Source: an uncultured Chloroflexia bacterium | GTDB lineage: Bacteria; Chloroflexota; UBA6077; JACCZL01 | Length of the DNA stretch: 64,000 nucleotides | Direction: 5' to 3' | NCBI GenBank assembly: GCA_963765765.1 | Contig: CAVXYC010000002.1 | Location: 64,001-128,000, forward strand | Part shown: in pieces, positions 59,247-64,000 of the stretch | Numbering within the stretch: the stretch's first letter is position 1 | How the letters are laid out: each line of letters opens with the position of its first letter | The notes under the pieces: model-generated | The model's input: only the letters and a program-made list of their open reading frames with translations | What the model was told of the DNA's origin: nothing | Databases searched by the model: none | Position numbers and translations under genes: made by a program

Positions 59247-59834
59247 CTACGATCTCTCGACGGATTTGGCGCGGAGATGCGCTCGCTCGCCCTGCCGGCC
59301 AAAGAGACTGAGAACTTCGACTGGTTGCGTGTCAGCGCTGCAGAACCCGTGCGGGACTCGCGTATCGAACTCCGCCGCCTCACCCGGTGCGATCACGAGA
59401 TCGTGATCTCCAAGCACAAGGCGGAGCTGGCCACTCAGGACGAAGAGCCATTCATATCCCTCGTGCGTCTTTCGGTCCGGCGCGCGTGGCGGGCGAGCTC
59501 CCGGAATGATGAGCTTGTAGGCCTGTACTCCCCCGGATCGACGAGTAAGCGGCACCATGGTCATCCCATTACGGACGATGGGCCGCGGATTGACGCGTGG
59601 GTCGCTAGTGGGCGGTGCGCCAACGAGCTCGTCGATTTGAACGCCGTGAGCCTGGGCCAATGGCAGAAGTAGCTCCAGGGTGGGGCGTCGCTGTCCGGAT
59701 TCCAGGCGTGAAAGCGTGCTGACCGAAATGCCCGTGGCCGCGGAGAGATCCATGAGCGTGGTCTCGCGCTCTTGACGTAATGCCCGCAGCCGCGAGCCAA
59801 CGGCGTCCAATACCGTCTCGATATCGTCATTCAT
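59247..59834 (-). CDS. XRE family HTH regulator with C-terminal cupin domain
   Basis: LRALRQE..TLMDLSAATGISVSTLSRLESGQRRPT; THEGYEWLFVLSG, FDTRVPH. Confidence 0.93.
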   Translation of the reverse strand: MNDDIETVLDAVGSRLRALRQERETTLMDLSAATGISVSTLSRLESGQRRPTLELLLPLAQAHGVQIDELVGAPPTSDPRVNPRPIVRNGMTMVPLTRRSGGVQAYKLIIPGARPPRAPDRKTHEGYEWLFVLSGQLRLVLGDHDLVIAPGEAAEFDTRVPHGFCSADTQPVEVLSLFGRQGERAHLRAKSVERS

Positions 59835-59839
59835 GCCAA

Positions 59840-59862
59840 TATTTTGCCATATTGGCAAAATA
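59840..59862. promoter_or_regulatory. Palindromic operator between the divergent XRE regulator and oxidoreductase
   Basis: TATTTTGCCA-TAT-TGGCAAAATA, perfect 10-bp inverted repeat 5 nt from the regulator start. Confidence 0.7.
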
Positions 59863-59909
59863 ACTTGCAGTTGCGGTCACTTCGAAGGATCATGTCAGTG
59901 GAGGTCATC

Positions 59910-60890
59910 ATGACCCAGAAGCTGACAGAGACCTTTTCAAACTCGTATGACGTGGCGGTAGTTGGTGGCGGCGCCGCCGGGTTGAGCGGCGCACTGGTCC
60001 TGGCCCGAGCGCGCCGCTCCGTAATCGTGATCGACGGCGCTTCGCCGCGAAACGCACGCGCCGACGGCGTGCACGGATTCCTTACTCGCGACGGTATGAG
60101 TCCGTCGGATCTCGTCCAAACCGGGCACAAGGAAGTTGCGCGCTACGGCGGTCACCTCATCAATGCCCATGCCGACTCCGCCCGCCGCACAGCAGAGGGG
60201 TTTGAGGTGACCCTCGACGATGGCAGACGCCTCACCGCCAGACGCCTGTTGGTGACCACCGGCCTGGTCGACGAGCTACCGGATGTGCCAGGAGTACGGG
60301 AGCAGTGGGGGCGGGATGTGCTGCACTGCCCGTACTGCCACGGTTGGGAGTTCCGCGATCGCGCGGTGGGGATTCTCGGCACCAGCGCCATGGCTATCCA
60401 CCAGGCGCTACTGTTCCGGCAATGGACATCCGACCTCGTATTCTTCGCCCACACCGCGCCTGAGCTCACTCCTGATCAGGCCGAGGAGCTCGCCGCACTC
60501 GGCATTCAGGTCGTTTCTGGCTTGGTCGAGTCGCTCGAGGTGGTCGATGGACGTCTGAGCGGCGTGCGCTTGCAGGATGGCACAATAGTCGCCCGCCAGG
60601 CACTTGTCGTGTCACCGCGGTTTGTTGCTCAATCGCAGGTTCTGACTTCTCTCGGAATTGAGCCGACTGATCACCCGATGGGCATCGGAGCATTCATTGC
60701 CGCGGATGCCTCGGGCCTGACCGCTGTCCCGGGCGTATGGGTGGCTGGCAACGTCACCGACCTCAAGGCTCAAGTCGTCACTTCCGCGTCTGGCGGAGTC
60801 GTCGCAGCCGCTGCCATCAATGCCGACCTTGTTGCCGAAGATACTCAGCGCGCCGTCACCGCGTATCGGAGCCAGTATGTCGCAGCATGA
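59910..60890 (+). CDS. NAD(P)/FAD-dependent oxidoreductase (thioredoxin reductase-like)
   Basis: VVGGGAAGLSGA, LLVTTG, HCPYCHGWE, GVWVAGN. GGAGG RBS. Confidence 0.92.
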   Translation: MTQKLTETFSNSYDVAVVGGGAAGLSGALVLARARRSVIVIDGASPRNARADGVHGFLTRDGMSPSDLVQTGHKEVARYGGHLINAHADSARRTAEGFEVTLDDGRRLTARRLLVTTGLVDELPDVPGVREQWGRDVLHCPYCHGWEFRDRAVGILGTSAMAIHQALLFRQWTSDLVFFAHTAPELTPDQAEELAALGIQVVSGLVESLEVVDGRLSGVRLQDGTIVARQALVVSPRFVAQSQVLTSLGIEPTDHPMGIGAFIAADASGLTAVPGVWVAGNVTDLKAQVVTSASGGVVAAAAINADLVAEDTQRAVTAYRSQYVAA

Positions 60891-61554
60891 GCATCACAAC
60901 GAACAGCATAGCGACACCGATCCCAGCGCCTTCTTTACGCAGGAATTCTGGGATGAGCGCTATAGCTCCGCGCCCATGATCTGGAGCGGGAATCCGAACA
61001 TTCGCCTCGTTGAGCAAGCGTCGGGCCTTACTCCTGGAGCTGCGCTGGACGTTGGGAGTGGCGAAGGGGCCGACGCCATCTGGCTGGCCTCTCTAGGCTG
61101 GCGCGTCACCGGAGTCGATGTGTCGACCGTGGCGCTGGAGCGATCCGCGATGCGGGCTGCCGAGGCCGGTGCGGAGACTGCAGGGCGTATTACATGGAAG
61201 CAGGCAGACATTCTGACGTGGGAACCGACTCCGAAGCAGTTTGACCTGGTGTCCGCGCAGTTCATGCAGCTGCCGGGCCCAGAGCGTGAGTCGCTGCATC
61301 GCCGACTTGCCGCCGCCGTTCGCCCGGGCGGATCGCTGCTCGTTGTGGGTCACCATCCTTCGGACATGGAGACTTCCGTGCGGCGGCCCAAGGTTCGCGA
61401 TCTGTTTTTCACAGCCGAGCAGATTGCGGAAATCCTGAATCCAGCCGAGTGGGAAATCATCACCGCTGGAGCGCCAGCCCGCGAGACCACGGACCCCGAA
61501 GGACGAACGGTGACGATCCACGATACGGTGTTCCACGCGATGCGTCGGCGATGA
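60877..61554 (+). CDS. Class I SAM-dependent methyltransferase
   Basis: FWDERY..IWSGNPN, ALDVGSGEGADAIWLA, FDLVSAQF. Confidence 0.92.
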   Translation: MSQHEHHNEQHSDTDPSAFFTQEFWDERYSSAPMIWSGNPNIRLVEQASGLTPGAALDVGSGEGADAIWLASLGWRVTGVDVSTVALERSAMRAAEAGAETAGRITWKQADILTWEPTPKQFDLVSAQFMQLPGPERESLHRRLAAAVRPGGSLLVVGHHPSDMETSVRRPKVRDLFFTAEQIAEILNPAEWEIITAGAPARETTDPEGRTVTIHDTVFHAMRRR

Positions 61555-61611
61555 TCGCTCACCTCTCAGGGGACACACCGTCCGCCCGGTTCGTTCGCCC
61601 TTCCGTCCGCC

Positions 61612-61733
61612 TGTCATGCCGAGGCACGAGGGATGACAGGCGGACATCGGTAGCCATTGATGCTGAGTCGCCCACCGCTTCGAGCACGGAGCTCTCCTGA
61701 CCTCCGGGAGATCCCTCGTGCCCCGGCATGACA
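61612..61733. repeat. GTCATGCCGAG-type palindromic element (23-bp inverted repeat, one mismatch)
   Basis: TGTCATGCCGAGGCACGAGGGAT ... ATCCCTCGTGCCCCGGCATGACA. Confidence 0.75.
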
Positions 61734-61794
61734 CTGCGCCTCGATAGCCGCCGCTGTTCATGGCGTGTTGGTGCGCTCGAGCGCATGGCGTATC

Positions 61795-62542
61795 TCAGGA
61801 CGAGGACAGCAGGTGCGCGAGAAACGCTCGACGGACCTCTGACGCGCCTCGCAAGCTGGGCTCGATGATGTTTGTGTACCAGGAAGGGATCGCCGGTCAG
61901 GAAGTGCGCGTGCAAGTCCACCAGGCTGCCGTAACGGCTCGCTAGCTGCGCGATCTTGTCGTTCATGTTCCGATGGTTTGTTCGGGCCAAGGCCGGGTCT
62001 ACGCCGAGGAAGTTGTTGCGATCGTCTCCGAATGTCGGGTCATAGACATTGCCAATCAGGACGGGGCGGATTGGCAGTGCTCGCAACCAGTCATCAAACG
62101 CTCGAGTGAACGCCTCGATGCCAGGTCCATTGTCTGAAATGAGTCCACCGAGGAGGTCGTTGCCGCCGACGGTTACAAGGGCCACGGCCTGATCATCAAT
62201 CCCCAAGCCCTCCACTTGCCAGGCGAGGCCACGAACGGTGGCTCCGTCGCGCGCTCGATGCTCGAGCCGTGCGGGGCCGCGCGAGCTCAGATCCTGGCCC
62301 CTGAACTCGGGGAAACGCTCATCGTCATTCTGGACGATAAGCTGCCCTGGGTTGAGCCCAAAGCTGTTGTATCGCCCACAATCAAGAATGGAATCTCCAA
62401 ACGTGATGAGCAACATGGTTTCCGCCTCCCGGAATCGGCGCTGAGGATTGCACGCAACCGCGCCGAGAGCCAGCGCTCCCATGAGTAGTCGCCGTCGTGT
62501 AAGCGTGCCTCGTGTCACTACGTCGCGAGCGTGAGCCTGCAC
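61795..62542 (-). CDS. SGNH/GDSL hydrolase family protein (frameshift near 61885; start uncertain)
   Basis: TFGDSI, ARDGAT, TVGGNDL, NVYDP. Frame repair gives WYTNIIEPSLRGASEVRRAFL...* at 61795. Confidence 0.82.
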
Positions 62543-62577
62543 GATGCGGGCCGCGTGCTCGCCGCGACCTACGGAGC

Positions 62578-63414
62578 CTATATTGGCAAGAACCAGTCGA
62601 GCGCCTCGCGGGCGATGTCTGGCGGAACCGTGTGCGGGCCGTCGAACTCGTGATAGGTCACATCGTAGCCAGCTTGTTTGAGCATTGGGACAATGCGTCG
62701 ACTGCAGGCATCTATCGGCAGCACGCTATCCTTCGTCCCGTGCGAGACATACAGGCGCGGTGAGCCCCGTTGGGCCGCTGGCGAAGCAAAGCCTGGCGAG
62801 AACGCAAGGACATGATTAAAGAGGTCGCCGTTCGTCAGACCGATGGAGAGCGCATACGATGCACCGTCGGAGAAGCCGCCGACTGCCAGGCGGTTCGGGT
62901 CGATGGCGTACTGTTCGAATGCTCTGGTCAACGCCTGGTCAATGAAGTCGATATCGGGGCCGTAATTTCTGACGATCATGTCCCACGTTCTCCCGCGCGA
63001 CGCGGGCGAGAGCAAGATCAAGCCGGTTTCGTCGGCAAAGGTCTGGAGCGGGTAGAGGCCTCCTTGCTCGTTACCACCGGCCCCGTGCAGGCTCAAGACC
63101 AGCGGGGCCGGACGGTCAGGCTGGTACCCGGCCGGGACATAGATGAGAGCATCGCGCCCATCCGCCAGCCCAAGCGGGTGGAGTCCGATGGGTCCCTCTC
63201 TGATCGGCGGGGTTGGCCTGGCCCGGAGCCGCCCATCCTGCGCCGTCTCTCCGTCCGCTCTGCGCACTTGATTCCGTGCCATCTCGATACTTCCTCTTAC
63301 AAGATCAGCGCACGCTGAGCTTAAAAGCGAGCCGATGCCTGCTAGGCCAATAGTGATCAACTGGCGTCGCGTGACCCGTGCACGAACCGACGGAATGAGT
63401 CGGACCACGGACAT
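62578..63414 (-). CDS. Phospholipase/carboxylesterase (alpha/beta hydrolase), Tat lipoprotein
   Basis: TRRQL..LSSAC, LHGAG, GFSDG, SHGTKDSVLP, FDGPH. Confidence 0.88.
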   Translation of the reverse strand: MSVVRLIPSVRARVTRRQLITIGLAGIGSLLSSACADLVRGSIEMARNQVRRADGETAQDGRLRARPTPPIREGPIGLHPLGLADGRDALIYVPAGYQPDRPAPLVLSLHGAGGNEQGGLYPLQTFADETGLILLSPASRGRTWDMIVRNYGPDIDFIDQALTRAFEQYAIDPNRLAVGGFSDGASYALSIGLTNGDLFNHVLAFSPGFASPAAQRGSPRLYVSHGTKDSVLPIDACSRRIVPMLKQAGYDVTYHEFDGPHTVPPDIAREALDWFLPI

Positions 63415-63721
63415 GGCACCAGCCTCCAGCTAGCCGAGTACGGCGTGGGGCGCGACGGCAAGCAATGCGCATGCCACGGCTGGTTCTTGCGGGTCTCACT
63501 CGGTGTGAGACGATCGCGAATCGTGGAGTGTAAGAAGCAAGGTCTATCCAGGATGAATGGTGGATGCTCGCCTCCCGGTGGGACGGCTGTTCTACCGGGC
63601 CGGTCCCGGCCTACACTGGTACACGGGCTGCGAGGGATGGTGCATGGAGAATACGCCTCGATACGGGTCAGCTCAGGCGACGGTTCCAGGTGTCGACGAG
63701 AGTTCCGGCGCCGCATCTGAG

Positions 63722-64000
63722 GTGACTGATGATGCGGGTCAGGCTGCCGCGGCGCTCGTCGGAGAGCACGCTGAGCGCGTTGCCCGATCTACAAACGCCG
63801 TCAATGCCCTGATTCACCTCTATCGGGGGGAGATGGGTCGCATGACGGCGTATCGGACACGACTCGATACGACGACCAATTGGGCCATCACGTCGTCGGC
63901 GTTGATTGGTACCTTCACGTTCGGCAATCAGCAAGTCCCTCACTCCGCGCTGCTGTTCGTGATGCTATTGAACCTGTTCTTTCTGCTCCTGGAAGCACGG
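63722..64000 (+). CDS. DUF2270 family membrane protein, partial
   Basis: My translation from GTG at 63722: ...ALIHLYRGEMGRMTAYRTRLDTTTNWAI...PH..LL..FLLLEAR, runs off the window. Confidence 0.85.
   Translation, partial: MTDDAGQAAAALVGEHAERVARSTNAVNALIHLYRGEMGRMTAYRTRLDTTTNWAITSSALIGTFTFGNQQVPHSALLFVMLLNLFFLLLEAR

Noticed and set aside
1-64000. CRISPR array, tRNA, rRNA, transposase or integrase
   Set aside because: No regularly spaced direct repeats with unique spacers, no cloverleaf or rRNA signatures, and no recombinase motifs recognised.

Overview
GC-rich 64 kb bacterial chromosomal segment, most consistent with a Chloroflexota genome. That placement is an inference from the Tat/lipoprotein solute-binding proteins with PTAAPAKPT-type linkers and the paralog expansions of amidohydrolases, Rieske oxygenases and LLM/CoA-transferase enzymes. 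The sequence looks like an unpolished long-read assembly: at least 15 otherwise intact genes carry single-base frameshifts. Content is mostly catabolic and transport: an array of Fe3+/thiamine-type ABC binding proteins, boxC-boxB without boxA, two Rieske oxygenases each next to GlcG/HbpS genes, a SsuABC/TauABC-like transporter, three amidohydrolases, CaiB/crotonase, acetoacetyl-CoA synthetase, HAD and a TreS-maltokinase fusion. Defence-type genes are vapBC, a GmrSD-like gene and a truncated MAD8-like ATPase. Intergenic DNA holds an unusually diverse set of palindromic REP/REPIN-like elements. I found no rRNA, tRNA, CRISPR array or transposase. Top leads: (1) a signal-peptide-less S8 subtilase with a triple-repeat C-terminal domain, preceded by a small gene that is a free-standing copy of its own prodomain; (2) a triosephosphate-isomerase homolog lacking the catalytic glutamate; (3) an orphan binding-protein C-terminus in frame after a stop codon; (4) an isolated MAD8-like ATPase remnant.
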